Below are positions 1 to 9,409 of a stretch of DNA of 64,000 nucleotides, piece by piece. Under the pieces are notes generated by a model. The model worked only from the letters and a program-made list of their open reading frames with translations, did no database searches and was not told the DNA's origin. The stretch covers positions 24,076 to 88,075 of the forward strand of contig CAZHVT010000005.1 in NCBI GenBank assembly GCA_964536205.1, in the 5' to 3' direction. This DNA comes from an uncultured Gammaproteobacteria bacterium. GTDB taxonomy: Bacteria > Patescibacteriota > Patescibacteriia > Magasanikbacterales > GCA-002688135. Positions within the stretch are counted from its first letter, which is position 1. The number at the start of each line of letters is the position of its first letter. The translations under genes and the position numbers were made by a program.

Positions 1-894
1 TGCTGTGTCGTAGATTGCTCGATACACGCCATAGCAGATCGTTGCTGGTGCGCTCCATGGTTTGGCGCTCAACGCATTCTTCTTTTCTTTTGCATCTTCC
101 CCTTTTTGTACGATGATTTGGAGGCGTGTTTTTTTGCTTTCATTTTTCCAGATTGCCTTGAGACCGGCGTAGTGCAATGTCCAGAACATTGAAGATGGAG
201 AAAAGCTTATTGGATGCAGTAGATCAAAAAAGTGTGCTTTTGGTTTTTTGTAATCGTTTACATCTGGAACTTCGATGTAAAATACACCATTTGTTTTTAG
301 ATAATTTCGAGCAGTATTTAACATTTTTACCGGATACGGGAAATGCTCAAGCACGTGATGCATGACGATTGCGTCGTATTTTTTTTGTGTGTGAGTTTGT
401 GTGAAGGTTCCCCAATCCATGTTGTGAACTTCTAGATTGTATGTGCGACGCGCATGTTCTGCTTGTTCTTGCGATGGCTCTATCATTTCTAATTGTGCTT
501 CAAAATAATCTCGTAGATGTGCCGAAGCCATTCCTAATCCCCCACCGATCACTAAAATCTTATCTCCTTTTTTAATGTGAGGTTCGAGTGCTAGTGCGAT
601 TGAACCTGTTTTTTTGCTTGTGTCTTTTTTGAATTCGATTGTCTCTCCTTCTTTTTTTGATTCTCCTCGATTTGAAACGTAGAGGGTTTTGTAGAATTCA
701 TGATATCCGTTTTCTGTGGGGCGTGGATTTAAAAAGACGCATGAGCATCTTGTGCAAATAACATTTGTCATTGCGTATGGTTCACCAGCTTTTTCGATGA
801 TGCCGCGGTCTGCGATTTTTCGGAATTCAGTATGTGCGCAGACAGGACAGTTTTTTACTGATTCCATTTCGATTGTTTCTGGGATCTTTTGCAT
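1..894 (-). CDS. Class I SAM-dependent methyltransferase with N-terminal CxxC...CxxC Zn-ribbon (3' end runs off window)
   Basis: Not in the ORF track; translated by hand from ATG at 894: MQKIPETIEMESVKNCPVC...ICTRC...ILVIGGGLG...YDAIVMHHVLEH...FYIEVPD. Paralogous in layout to 8456..9409. Confidence 0.85.
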   Translation of the reverse strand, partial: MQKIPETIEMESVKNCPVCAHTEFRKIADRGIIEKAGEPYAMTNVICTRCSCVFLNPRPTENGYHEFYKTLYVSNRGESKKEGETIEFKKDTSKKTGSIALALEPHIKKGDKILVIGGGLGMASAHLRDYFEAQLEMIEPSQEQAEHARRTYNLEVHNMDWGTFTQTHTQKKYDAIVMHHVLEHFPYPVKMLNTARNYLKTNGVFYIEVPDVNDYKKPKAHFFDLLHPISFSPSSMFWTLHYAGLKAIWKNESKKTRLQIIVQKGEDAKEKKNALSAKPWSAPATICYGVYRAIYDTA

Positions 895-897
895 ATC

Positions 898-2244
898 TTA
901 ATGTGCCTCATCCTTACACAAAAAACTCTTTGTTGCAATAGTCATGCCATAAGCCGCAAATAGCGTTATAAATGGTGTGACTGGAATGCGTAATCGAGGC
1001 GTGTCTTTATTCATGGATGAAATGAGTGCGAAAAATAACATCATCAAAATTATAGTGATTGCGATTCCACGAGATACTTTGTCTTTGTGTGTTGTGAGAT
1101 ATTTCCAGAAACCGAATGCCATGAGTAAGAACATTGCCGCCCACCAGATGCGTCCACCGAAATATAGGAATGGATAGAAGATTTGAGATGGCGGATCGAG
1201 TTTGTAAAATAGCGTGCTGTATGATCGTGAGGCGGAGCTTTCTATAAAAAATACTCCCATCTTTTGTACGATCACTCGAGCGAGTAATGTATAATCTTGT
1301 GAAATGATTTCGCGAGCTTTTGTGTTGAGATAATCTTGATATTGAAATTCGAAAATGCCGTATTGGGCGAAAGATTGTTCTGGGGTGAGGTGCGGGAGTC
1401 CTGTGTAGTTTAAATCTTGTACGGCTTGCGTGACGAGACCTGCATATTTTTCTTCTCCTGGTTCATAGTATTCGAGGAATCGCGGTGCAGCGGTGAGGTA
1501 TGCGTTTGCGCCGGCTGTGGAGATTGGATTAAATGTTTTGTAATGATAGTAATTTCGAGCTGACCATGGCGTAATGACTGCGATTACCAACACCACATAC
1601 ACCACCGCATGCTTGATTGCGAATTTCTTTTTCCAGAATACAAAGAGGATCAGGAGGGCGAAAAGTGGGATTACTGGGATGAGGAATGGTCGGGTCATTA
1701 TTGCGAGACCAGCGGAAATAGCGGAGAGAGCTTTGAGTTTTGAGTTTTGAGTTTTGAGATATTTGATTAACCAGTAGATGCTTAAGGTGAAGAAAAGCAT
1801 GAATACAGTTTCTGACATGAGTTGTGATGCGTTGGTTAGTCGTCGTGCTTCAAGCATGAAAAGAATTGTTCCGATGAGCGCGATATTTTCTGAAATGAGT
1901 GATGAGCCGATTCTGTAAACTATCACCAAAACATATGCGGCGATGATGTTTTGGATTGCAACAACAAAAAATAGTGACCCTGAAATTCCGTAGAGCGCTG
2001 CGACGAATAATGGGTAGAGTGGTGTGCGGATAGTTTGCGGATCTAGATCTGGATGCATGTAAAATCCGCCGGTGTCGAGAAGGTTTTTTCCGAGATCAAA
2101 ATAAAGTTCTGCATCTGATGTCCACAAAAAACCGCCTGACGCGATAGTCATTGTAAGGTACAAGACAACAGACTGGACGATGAGCGCAAAAAAGAATATA
2201 CTTTTCTCACGTTTTGATTGAAATAGAGAATTCAATACTTTCAT
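898..2244 (-). CDS. ArnT/PMT-like (GT-C, GT39/83-type) membrane glycosyltransferase
   Basis: Many TM segments; motifs SDAELY, RTPLYPLF, MSETVF, PWSARNY, PRLRIP. Start taken at Met9 of the ORF (2244). Confidence 0.8.
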   Translation of the reverse strand: MKVLNSLFQSKREKSIFFFALIVQSVVLYLTMTIASGGFLWTSDAELYFDLGKNLLDTGGFYMHPDLDPQTIRTPLYPLFVAALYGISGSLFFVVAIQNIIAAYVLVIVYRIGSSLISENIALIGTILFMLEARRLTNASQLMSETVFMLFFTLSIYWLIKYLKTQNSKLKALSAISAGLAIMTRPFLIPVIPLFALLILFVFWKKKFAIKHAVVYVVLVIAVITPWSARNYYHYKTFNPISTAGANAYLTAAPRFLEYYEPGEEKYAGLVTQAVQDLNYTGLPHLTPEQSFAQYGIFEFQYQDYLNTKAREIISQDYTLLARVIVQKMGVFFIESSASRSYSTLFYKLDPPSQIFYPFLYFGGRIWWAAMFLLMAFGFWKYLTTHKDKVSRGIAITIILMMLFFALISSMNKDTPRLRIPVTPFITLFAAYGMTIATKSFLCKDEAH

Positions 2245-2853
2245 ATGTACGATAGACAATACTCCCAAAAAGTCTTACGAGATCGTAAAAACGATATCGT
2301 TATGAATTATGATGCAGTTGATGCTGTGCTTTTTGATTTGTTGGATGTTACTGATGAGCATTATGTGTTGGAGGTTGGGTGCGATGTGGGGTATACACAA
2401 CGAAAATTTGAATCTCAGGTCAAACGTTGTGTCGGGATTGATGTGAATGAATTTGCGATCGCGCAAAATCCATGTGCTGATGCTGTTGTGATGAGTGGTG
2501 TTTCAACTACGTTTCCAAATGCGTGTTTTGATCGTGTCTATTCCTCGCACACTATTGAGCACATCCATGAAATTAGAGAACATTTTGAAGAGGTTGCACG
2601 CATTCTCAAACCCGGAGGAAAATATGTTGCTGTGTATCCGTGGGAATTATTTCGTGGGATGGCTGCAGCACGTGCGGCGATTACCTTATACGGCAATCCT
2701 TTTAAATCCCGCGACATGCATGTACACAAATTATCTCCTAAGAAATTGGACAAAATTACAAAAGATCTGCCAATAACGCAGACCTATCATACACTGAAAT
2801 TCATGAACACACCACAGTGGGTTTCCGTGTGGGAGAAGGACAACCATCAATGA
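2245..2853 (+). CDS. Class I SAM-dependent methyltransferase
   Basis: VLEVGCDVG motif I, FDRVYSSHTIEH, RILKPGG. Confidence 0.85.
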   Translation: MYDRQYSQKVLRDRKNDIVMNYDAVDAVLFDLLDVTDEHYVLEVGCDVGYTQRKFESQVKRCVGIDVNEFAIAQNPCADAVVMSGVSTTFPNACFDRVYSSHTIEHIHEIREHFEEVARILKPGGKYVAVYPWELFRGMAAARAAITLYGNPFKSRDMHVHKLSPKKLDKITKDLPITQTYHTLKFMNTPQWVSVWEKDNHQ

Positions 2854-2924
2854 TTCAGATAGCTGCAGCTACTAGACTAACCCATCAGCTTAGCTTGTCT
2901 GAAGTAAATGCAATTCTAAATGAT

Positions 2925-3665
2925 TTACCCCCTGTTTGCATCTTTTGATTCAACGAAGCTAGATTTCATTTTATTAAGATTTGCAAGTACTGAATCTCTT
3001 TCTGCAGGAACCACATAAATTTCAAGTAGTATCCTCTTTAGTAATTCTATTAAAAATCTTATTTTGTTTGAATCCCATGCCTCCCATGACTCTTCATGCA
3101 CCTTATCGCTTGACATCTCCTGAATTTGTCCTAGTGCATCAATTAATTCTGGTGTGATATGAGGCAGCTTTTGCTTTAGTTTTTTGACACTTGCTTTATA
3201 GTCTGTCCTTCCTGTTTTTTCAACGATTACAATACTATTTTCTCTATGCATCAGTTCATAAATACTCTTTCGCAGACATGCGGAAGCGCCAGTCAGCATA
3301 TTTGCCTTTCTTGAATTTTCAGCTTCGGACACTAACTCTCGAATCCCTTTAGGGATGCGCTGATCGAGTGTAAAAAATGATGAAGGTTGTGAATAGAAAA
3401 CTGCCATGTCAATATCAATATCTTGAAAACGATTCATACTGCGATTCATAACATCCGTCTTAATGATCTGACTGTGTGCAAAGTGCACAGATATCTTGTC
3501 ACATGATTCACATTTCACAAAGTAGGTATAGCACTTGCTTTCATGAGACCAGTCGAATGACCTATCGTCGATCAACGTGTAGCTAACATTACCTCTCTTG
3601 CAAAAGGGACAGTTATATACATGTGGGTCAATAAAATATTTTTTATCTAGATGAGATAAATTCAT
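2925..3665 (-). CDS. Zn-ribbon + DUF4145 (HEPN-like) domain protein
   Basis: CPFC...CESC, then IPKGIRELVSEA...ASACLRKSIYEL...SDKVH helical domain typical of DUF4145. Confidence 0.6.
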   Translation of the reverse strand: MNLSHLDKKYFIDPHVYNCPFCKRGNVSYTLIDDRSFDWSHESKCYTYFVKCESCDKISVHFAHSQIIKTDVMNRSMNRFQDIDIDMAVFYSQPSSFFTLDQRIPKGIRELVSEAENSRKANMLTGASACLRKSIYELMHRENSIVIVEKTGRTDYKASVKKLKQKLPHITPELIDALGQIQEMSSDKVHEESWEAWDSNKIRFLIELLKRILLEIYVVPAERDSVLANLNKMKSSFVESKDANRG

Positions 3666-3669
3666 ATAT

Positions 3670-4401
3670 CTACTCTACAGAATTTTCAATTTGTTTTTTA
3701 CGGATATCGGTAAACCGAATGCGCAGGGCGAAAGGGACGTAACGCATGCGTTTCCATGTGTTTATTTTTGAGACGCCTTCTGTGCGGGATTTCCACCATG
3801 TTGGGATTTCGATGTATTTGTATCCGAGACGCAGCGGCTTGAGTGTTGTTTCCATGGCGATCTCGTGCATTTCTCCCCACCAATCTACTTCGTTGATTAA
3901 TTTTGCATTGAATAGTTTGAAGCCGTATGTGAGATCTCGGACTGGTGTCCAAAAGACGATTCTGAAAATTGTTTGGAAGCCGCGATTTAATACATAGGTA
4001 AGATTATCATACCCTTTTACTCCCCCGCCTGGCATCCAGCGAGTTGGTAGAACTAAATCATATCCGTCTGCTGCAGCTTGTACCATTTTAGGAACGGTAT
4101 CTAAATCCATTTCGTCATCTGCATCAATCACTAGTACATGCGTCCCAGTTACGTGCGGGAATACTTGTTTGTATGCATGTCCTAATCCTGGTACAACTTT
4201 TTGAATCATTACTTTTATCTCGGCATATTCACTCGCCAATTTCTGACACATATTCAAACATTCCACAGATGACTGCGGCGCGACAATGAAAAATATTTCA
4301 TGAATGTTTTCTCCGATTCGGTCGTATAAGCCCTCGACTACTGTCTTGAGAGATTCTACTTCTGACCAGATGGGGATGATGATTGAAACCGAAGGTTTCA
4401 T
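3670..4401 (-). CDS. GT2 glycosyltransferase, DPM/polyprenol-phosphate sugar synthase-like
   Basis: VSIIIPIWSE, IDADDE, DLTYGFKLF, RTEGVSK. Confidence 0.85.
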   Translation of the reverse strand: MKPSVSIIIPIWSEVESLKTVVEGLYDRIGENIHEIFFIVAPQSSVECLNMCQKLASEYAEIKVMIQKVVPGLGHAYKQVFPHVTGTHVLVIDADDEMDLDTVPKMVQAAADGYDLVLPTRWMPGGGVKGYDNLTYVLNRGFQTIFRIVFWTPVRDLTYGFKLFNAKLINEVDWWGEMHEIAMETTLKPLRLGYKYIEIPTWWKSRTEGVSKINTWKRMRYVPFALRIRFTDIRKKQIENSVE

Positions 4402-4403
4402 AT

Positions 4404-4472
4404 AGCGTTTAGCGTTTAGCGTTTAGCGTTTAGAAGCGAGACTAATCGCTAAACGCTTTACGCTAATCGCTC
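4404..4472. repeat. Heptamer-repeat hairpin E1: (AGCGTTT)4 - 12-nt loop - degenerate (AAACGCT)4
   Basis: Read directly; fills the intergenic gap between the stop at 4474 and the start at 4401. Confidence 0.95.
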
Positions 4473-4473
4473 A

Positions 4474-5445
4474 TTAATGTTTCTTCTTAGCGTCTGCGAC
4501 GTCCTTATTTGCTTTGTACCACGATGCTGTATTTGCCAATCCTTGCTTGAGTGTAAATTCTGGTTGCCAATTTAAGTGCTCTTTCATGCGTGTTACATCG
4601 AGTACTTTTTTCATTTGGCCGTCTGGTTTTTCTGTGAGCCATTTGAGTCGTCCGCGAAATCCTGTAACTTCTGCGATTGTTTCGGCGAGTTCTTTGATGG
4701 AATTTCCTTGACCAGTTGTAATATTGATTGGCTCATGAGAATCATACAGAGCTGTTGCGCGAATAATTCCTTGCGCGGCATCTTTTACATACAAGAAATT
4801 TCGTGTTGGTTTTCCTGATCCCCACACCTCTACTTCGTCTTTGTTTTCCAGAACTGCTTCGGTGAATCTTCGAATGAGTGCACCAACCACATGGGATGAT
4901 TCTGGATTGAAATTATCCCCTTCCCCATACATGTTTGTGAGAATGAGGAAGTTTGCATTTAATCCGTATTGTTTGTTGTATGCCCATGCTTGCACGGATA
5001 GGAAGCGTTTTACCATGCCGTAATCGATTGCAGATGCATGTGGCTTTCCAGTAAATAAATCATCTTCTGACAATACTTCTTTTCCGAGATATCCTGGATA
5101 GGCACAGTCTGATCCGATGATGACAACTTTTTCTACATCACATAAATGAGCCGCGTGCATGACATTCATTCCCATCATGGTGTTTTCGTAAAACATTTTT
5201 GCGGGATATGCTTCATGAATTGGTGGGCCGCCATACCATGCTGCTGCGTGAATGATGACATGTGGTTTGCTTTGACGAATACATGCCAATGCATCATCTT
5301 GGCTCGTTAAGTCGTAATTCTTTTTGCGAGGTACTAAAATTTCACAATCAAAACCTGCAAGTTGTTTGATTATCTCGCTACCCAAAAATCCGGCACCGCC
5401 GGTGATCATGACTTTTTTTCCGGAGTAGAATGATTTTAATTGCAT
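4474..5445 (-). CDS. fcl: GDP-L-fucose synthase-like extended SDR
   Basis: TGGAGFLG, GSDCAYP, YGMVK, NMYGEGDNF...SSHVVGALIRRF, VWGSGKPTRNFLYV, KPDGQ. Confidence 0.8.
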   Translation of the reverse strand: MQLKSFYSGKKVMITGGAGFLGSEIIKQLAGFDCEILVPRKKNYDLTSQDDALACIRQSKPHVIIHAAAWYGGPPIHEAYPAKMFYENTMMGMNVMHAAHLCDVEKVVIIGSDCAYPGYLGKEVLSEDDLFTGKPHASAIDYGMVKRFLSVQAWAYNKQYGLNANFLILTNMYGEGDNFNPESSHVVGALIRRFTEAVLENKDEVEVWGSGKPTRNFLYVKDAAQGIIRATALYDSHEPINITTGQGNSIKELAETIAEVTGFRGRLKWLTEKPDGQMKKVLDVTRMKEHLNWQPEFTLKQGLANTASWYKANKDVADAKKKH

Positions 5446-5514
5446 AGCGTTTAGCGTTTAGCGTTTAGCGTTTAGAAGCGACCCTCATCGCTAAACGCTG
5501 TACGCTAATCGCTC
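5446..5514. repeat. Heptamer-repeat hairpin E2, near-identical direct repeat of E1
   Basis: 65/69 identical to 4404-4472 by manual alignment; fills the whole intergenic gap. Confidence 0.95.
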
Positions 5515-6453
5515 TTAAATGTTTGAGTATGGATTAGGGATGGTGACGATTTCCAATGCATCCATCAACTCACGTAATCCAGTATCCATTGAAATTTTCG
5601 TTTCAAATCCTGTTGCGCGAATTTTTTGATAATTTACTTCGTAGTCACGTTGATCTTGATCTTTCGCGAATTCTGCAAAGTGAAGATAAAACGGCACGCG
5701 TGCGCGAATTTTGTTTACAATATCTTCTTTTGTGTAGTTCATTGTTTCGTGCCCGACGTTGTAGGTTTGTCCTTTCATCTCTTCGTATTTTTCTAGACCG
5801 TGAATGAACACACGTGCAATATCCCTCACATGGATAAATGTTCTACGGAAATGCTTTTCGTACACAATAAGATGCTTGGTATGAATTGCTTGGTACACAA
5901 AATCATTAATCATCAAATCCATGCGCAATCGCCCTGCCAAACCAAACGCAGTTGCAAATCGATAAATGATTGGGGTGCAATGTTCTTTTAAAATATTCTC
6001 TGCATCGAGTTTGTTTTTTCCGTAGATGGTAAGTGGGTTTGCAACAGTCTCTTCTGTACATGTTTCACCAATCGCTCCATATACAGAACCTGTTGATGCA
6101 AATTGAATAGTTTGATGAGGCTGGACAGCGCGTGCAACATTTTCTGTTCCTATCACATTCACCTCATGCGCCAATCGTTCGTCTTTTCGACATGCTGGAT
6201 ATCCGACGATCGCAGCGAGATGAATAACGTGATCTGCTTGTCCAACCAATTTATCTACTAGAACACGATCCTTTATATCACCTCTTACAAACTGAAAATG
6301 GTTGCTGTAGAAATTTTGCAAAATGCAGCGACCGTTGTTGTACAACAGATTATCTAGCACAGTTACTTCGTATCCTTTGCTCAAAAGCTCGGGGACCAAT
6401 ACAGATCCCACATATCCTGCTCCTCCAGTTACGAGTACTCGTTTTCTTTCCAT
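5515..6453 (-). CDS. NAD-dependent epimerase/dehydratase
   Basis: TGGAGYVG, HLAAIVG, STGSVYG, YGKNK, DQRDY. Confidence 0.9.
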   Translation of the reverse strand: MERKRVLVTGGAGYVGSVLVPELLSKGYEVTVLDNLLYNNGRCILQNFYSNHFQFVRGDIKDRVLVDKLVGQADHVIHLAAIVGYPACRKDERLAHEVNVIGTENVARAVQPHQTIQFASTGSVYGAIGETCTEETVANPLTIYGKNKLDAENILKEHCTPIIYRFATAFGLAGRLRMDLMINDFVYQAIHTKHLIVYEKHFRRTFIHVRDIARVFIHGLEKYEEMKGQTYNVGHETMNYTKEDIVNKIRARVPFYLHFAEFAKDQDQRDYEVNYQKIRATGFETKISMDTGLRELMDALEIVTIPNPYSNI

Positions 6454-6459
6454 ATGTTA

Positions 6460-6537
6460 ACGTTGTACGTCGTACGTTGTACGTTCTACGATCTTGCTAA
6501 GTGGCAGCTAGAACGTAGAACGTAGAACGTAGAACGA
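6460..6537. repeat. Heptamer-repeat hairpin E3: (ACGTTST-like)5 - loop - (AGAACGT)4
   Basis: ACGTTGT ACGTCGT ACGTTGT ACGTTCT ACGATCT ... AGAACGT x3 AGAACGA; different unit from E1/E2, same architecture. Confidence 0.95.
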
Positions 6538-8385
6538 TTATAGTTTAAATCCCCCTTGATTGATTTTATATATTTGGATGTCTTGCTCATCGTAGACTTG
6601 TTCGAGAAATTCATAATCCAATTCTTTCATGCCGAGTGCTCGCTCATATGGCCCGACATAGAGATAGTCCATACGATACGGCTCAAGTAGTTTCTCATCC
6701 TCTGGTAAGGTTTGATATTGCGATAAGATTTTTTCAATCGCTTCATCTGGAATGAATAATTGTCGACCCTCATCAAATGCACCCAAACCTTTTTTCCAGA
6801 AGTACGTATCAAAGAGGAAAATGGCTGTTGCATTTTCTGAATCAAGAGCAAAGCTGTCGATATTTTTATGTTCTTTTTTGAGGGAGGTCATTAATGTTGC
6901 TTCAGGAATACCATAGAGCTTTGAAATGGTCAACCAACGTCCGACAACTTCTGATAGTGGTGCTGCTGAAGTTACAGCGAGTGGCTGGATAGAATGCGCT
7001 CCGGTGTACACAGGAATGAGACTGTTTGTTGTTGCAGATGGAGATGCGACGACACTATTTGTTGGAATATTTTCATCAACCCACTCCAGTGAATTTCTAA
7101 CATGTTCTGGCATGATTGATGATTCTTGAAAGTGGGTTCCTGAAATGAATTCTGCCTGCACGCCTCGCGTGATGATCAGTAGTGATGCAATCACCAATAC
7201 TACTGATCCAGCTTTTTTTAACCATGCTGTTTTAAGACTGTGTGTGATGAATAGATGTGCGATGACGAGAAATGCTGCTGCGTATCCCAAGTAAAATTGA
7301 TGTACCGGCCAGACTGGAGGATGTGGATTGAATCCGAGAATGATTTGCATGTTGAGAATACCAATTCCAGAGAGCACTAATGAAGCGATCACCGTAGCAT
7401 CTGGAATGCGTTTTTCTGCTTTCCCCCATTTCCACACACCGTATGCCAAAATGAGCATGAGTAGATATTGAGGCCATGCGCTGAATCGAAAGCTGTGCGT
7501 GAATTCTGCACCAAGTCGTTCTACTAATTCTTGTGCATGTGGGAGCGCTTGAATTGATAGATAGTTTGTGATGTATGGAGCACTCAAAAGGGTTGCTAAA
7601 AGAACAAGCTTAAAAAATGTTTTTGCGCGATGTGTGTCAGTTTGTAAGAAGTACCATACAACCATGACAGCGACTCCTGCGAATATGTACATCGCATCTG
7701 TGACATACATGTGTGTGAGTGCCGCCATCGCCAGTGCCGTGAGCCAGAACCATTTTTTTGATGTTGGGTTTGATGCGAGTTTCAGTAATCCGAGTAGTGA
7801 AAATACAAATACCGGCCATGTAGGGAATACGGAAAAGCTCACATATCTACTCATGACAATATCCCCCGGTGGTGATCCCAACCAAAATGATCGTGCCAAC
7901 ACGCGCAAACCTTCCATGTCGACTGGCAAAATAAATAGTACAATGAGCGTTGCGTTTACAAACACAAAGGATGAGATGAGCGCCCACCAATGAGATTTTG
8001 TGAGGTGCTTTGCAATGGCGTATGCTGCAACAAATACGAGCGCCGCAGAAATAATTGTGCCTAACAGAAATGCAACAGACATGTTTTTTGTGAGTGCAAC
8101 AATTGGGTACCCAACAACAGGTGATAACATCGACCATAAACTCGGCCCAGCCACCCATTCAAGCACGCGTCCATCTGTAACATATAATCCCCCATCCATG
8201 ACTTGTCTGAAAATTGGTGCGAGATTTGAGAGTGGATCTATTTGTTGAAAAGTAAAAAAGTTGAATGGCTCACCTTGCTGCAGTTGATACCACCACATAG
8301 TGAGATAGCGACCGACAAAAAGAAAACCAGCGATTGTTGCCGCTAATATAATCTGTAGCGTTTTGTTGGTTAGTGGGTTTTTCAT
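6538..8385 (-). CDS. Multi-pass membrane protein, putative GT-C-fold transferase with C-terminal extracytoplasmic domain
   Basis: About 12 TM segments, then W..ENIPTNSVVAS and DYLYVGPYER. Homologous to the C-terminal part of 13851..16355. Confidence 0.6.
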   Translation of the reverse strand: MKNPLTNKTLQIILAATIAGFLFVGRYLTMWWYQLQQGEPFNFFTFQQIDPLSNLAPIFRQVMDGGLYVTDGRVLEWVAGPSLWSMLSPVVGYPIVALTKNMSVAFLLGTIISAALVFVAAYAIAKHLTKSHWWALISSFVFVNATLIVLFILPVDMEGLRVLARSFWLGSPPGDIVMSRYVSFSVFPTWPVFVFSLLGLLKLASNPTSKKWFWLTALAMAALTHMYVTDAMYIFAGVAVMVVWYFLQTDTHRAKTFFKLVLLATLLSAPYITNYLSIQALPHAQELVERLGAEFTHSFRFSAWPQYLLMLILAYGVWKWGKAEKRIPDATVIASLVLSGIGILNMQIILGFNPHPPVWPVHQFYLGYAAAFLVIAHLFITHSLKTAWLKKAGSVVLVIASLLIITRGVQAEFISGTHFQESSIMPEHVRNSLEWVDENIPTNSVVASPSATTNSLIPVYTGAHSIQPLAVTSAAPLSEVVGRWLTISKLYGIPEATLMTSLKKEHKNIDSFALDSENATAIFLFDTYFWKKGLGAFDEGRQLFIPDEAIEKILSQYQTLPEDEKLLEPYRMDYLYVGPYERALGMKELDYEFLEQVYDEQDIQIYKINQGGFKL

Positions 8386-8390
8386 GGTTT

Positions 8391-8455
8391 CGTAATGAGT
8401 AAAGCGGGTCGTGACCTTGAGATCGCTTTACGCTTTACTCATTACGCTTTACGAC
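8391..8455. repeat. Heptamer-repeat hairpin E4 (CGTAATG/AGTAAAG versus CGCTTTA/CTCATTA units)
   Basis: Read directly; intergenic. Confidence 0.9.
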
Positions 8456-9409
8456 TTAACGCTTCTTCATCCAATTTGAAATCGCGCGTCCAATTTTAAC
8501 TCGAGCTTTTTTCGGAATAAAAAATAATCCAATATCTCGACACACTCGTGCTGTTGCAAACTGTGCGCCTTTTTTCTTTATGTAATATTTCACATCTTTT
8601 GGAAATCCCATTCCTTTCATTTCTTTGTTTAAGAGCGCTGTGTTGTCTGCTGGTTGTGCTCCAGCAATTACATCCATGCCTCCCGGATAGACTGCTTTGG
8701 TTGAGAAGTATGATGGATATAGCCCCAAGCTCTCCAAGGCATTTGCTAACGAACGCGGAGAGAATGTCACAACATGTCCGGATTCGAAATATACTTCTGG
8801 TCGTTTTTTCATGTTTGTTACGTTCGGCACCCCAATGTAGATTTTTCCATTTGATGATAGCATTGATTTTATCACCTTTAATTCCCCAACTGGATCTGTC
8901 ATGTGTTCTAGTGTGTGATGCAGAACAATCATATCGAATTTCTTTTCTGGATTCTCTGATGCATATGTTCTCAAACTTCCAAAATACAAATCTACATCAT
9001 AGAATTTTTTTGCAGCCTCAATTTCAATTCGAGCCAATTCGATTCCTTCTGCTTTGTATCCTCGATCGAGTAAAATACTTACAAGTGTCCCAATCCCACA
9101 CCCCACATCCAATACACTCCCCCCGCCCGGCATATGAGGAATAATTACTTCTGCAATGCGTTTTTTTGTGGGGATTTCTGATGCACTCAATTTGTGTTCA
9201 AAGTGATCGGCGTCTTCGTATCCCTTATTCTTCAAAAAATCTTCTACATGAAATTCCTCAACTTCTGCGATCTGTTTTCTCGGTGTAATAAAAATCAATG
9301 CGCAGGATTCGCAGATGACGTTTGTGAGAGATTTGTTCAAATCGCCGATTTTTGCAACCACCGATCTTTCGGTCGAGGCACATACCGGACATTGTTCACT
9401 ATTTTGCAT
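8456..9409 (-). CDS. Class I SAM methyltransferase with N-terminal Zn-ribbon
   Basis: CPVC...CESC, VLDVGCGIG, HHTLEHMTDP, YIGVPN. Confidence 0.9.
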   Translation of the reverse strand: MQNSEQCPVCASTERSVVAKIGDLNKSLTNVICESCALIFITPRKQIAEVEEFHVEDFLKNKGYEDADHFEHKLSASEIPTKKRIAEVIIPHMPGGGSVLDVGCGIGTLVSILLDRGYKAEGIELARIEIEAAKKFYDVDLYFGSLRTYASENPEKKFDMIVLHHTLEHMTDPVGELKVIKSMLSSNGKIYIGVPNVTNMKKRPEVYFESGHVVTFSPRSLANALESLGLYPSYFSTKAVYPGGMDVIAGAQPADNTALLNKEMKGMGFPKDVKYYIKKKGAQFATARVCRDIGLFFIPKKARVKIGRAISNWMKKR

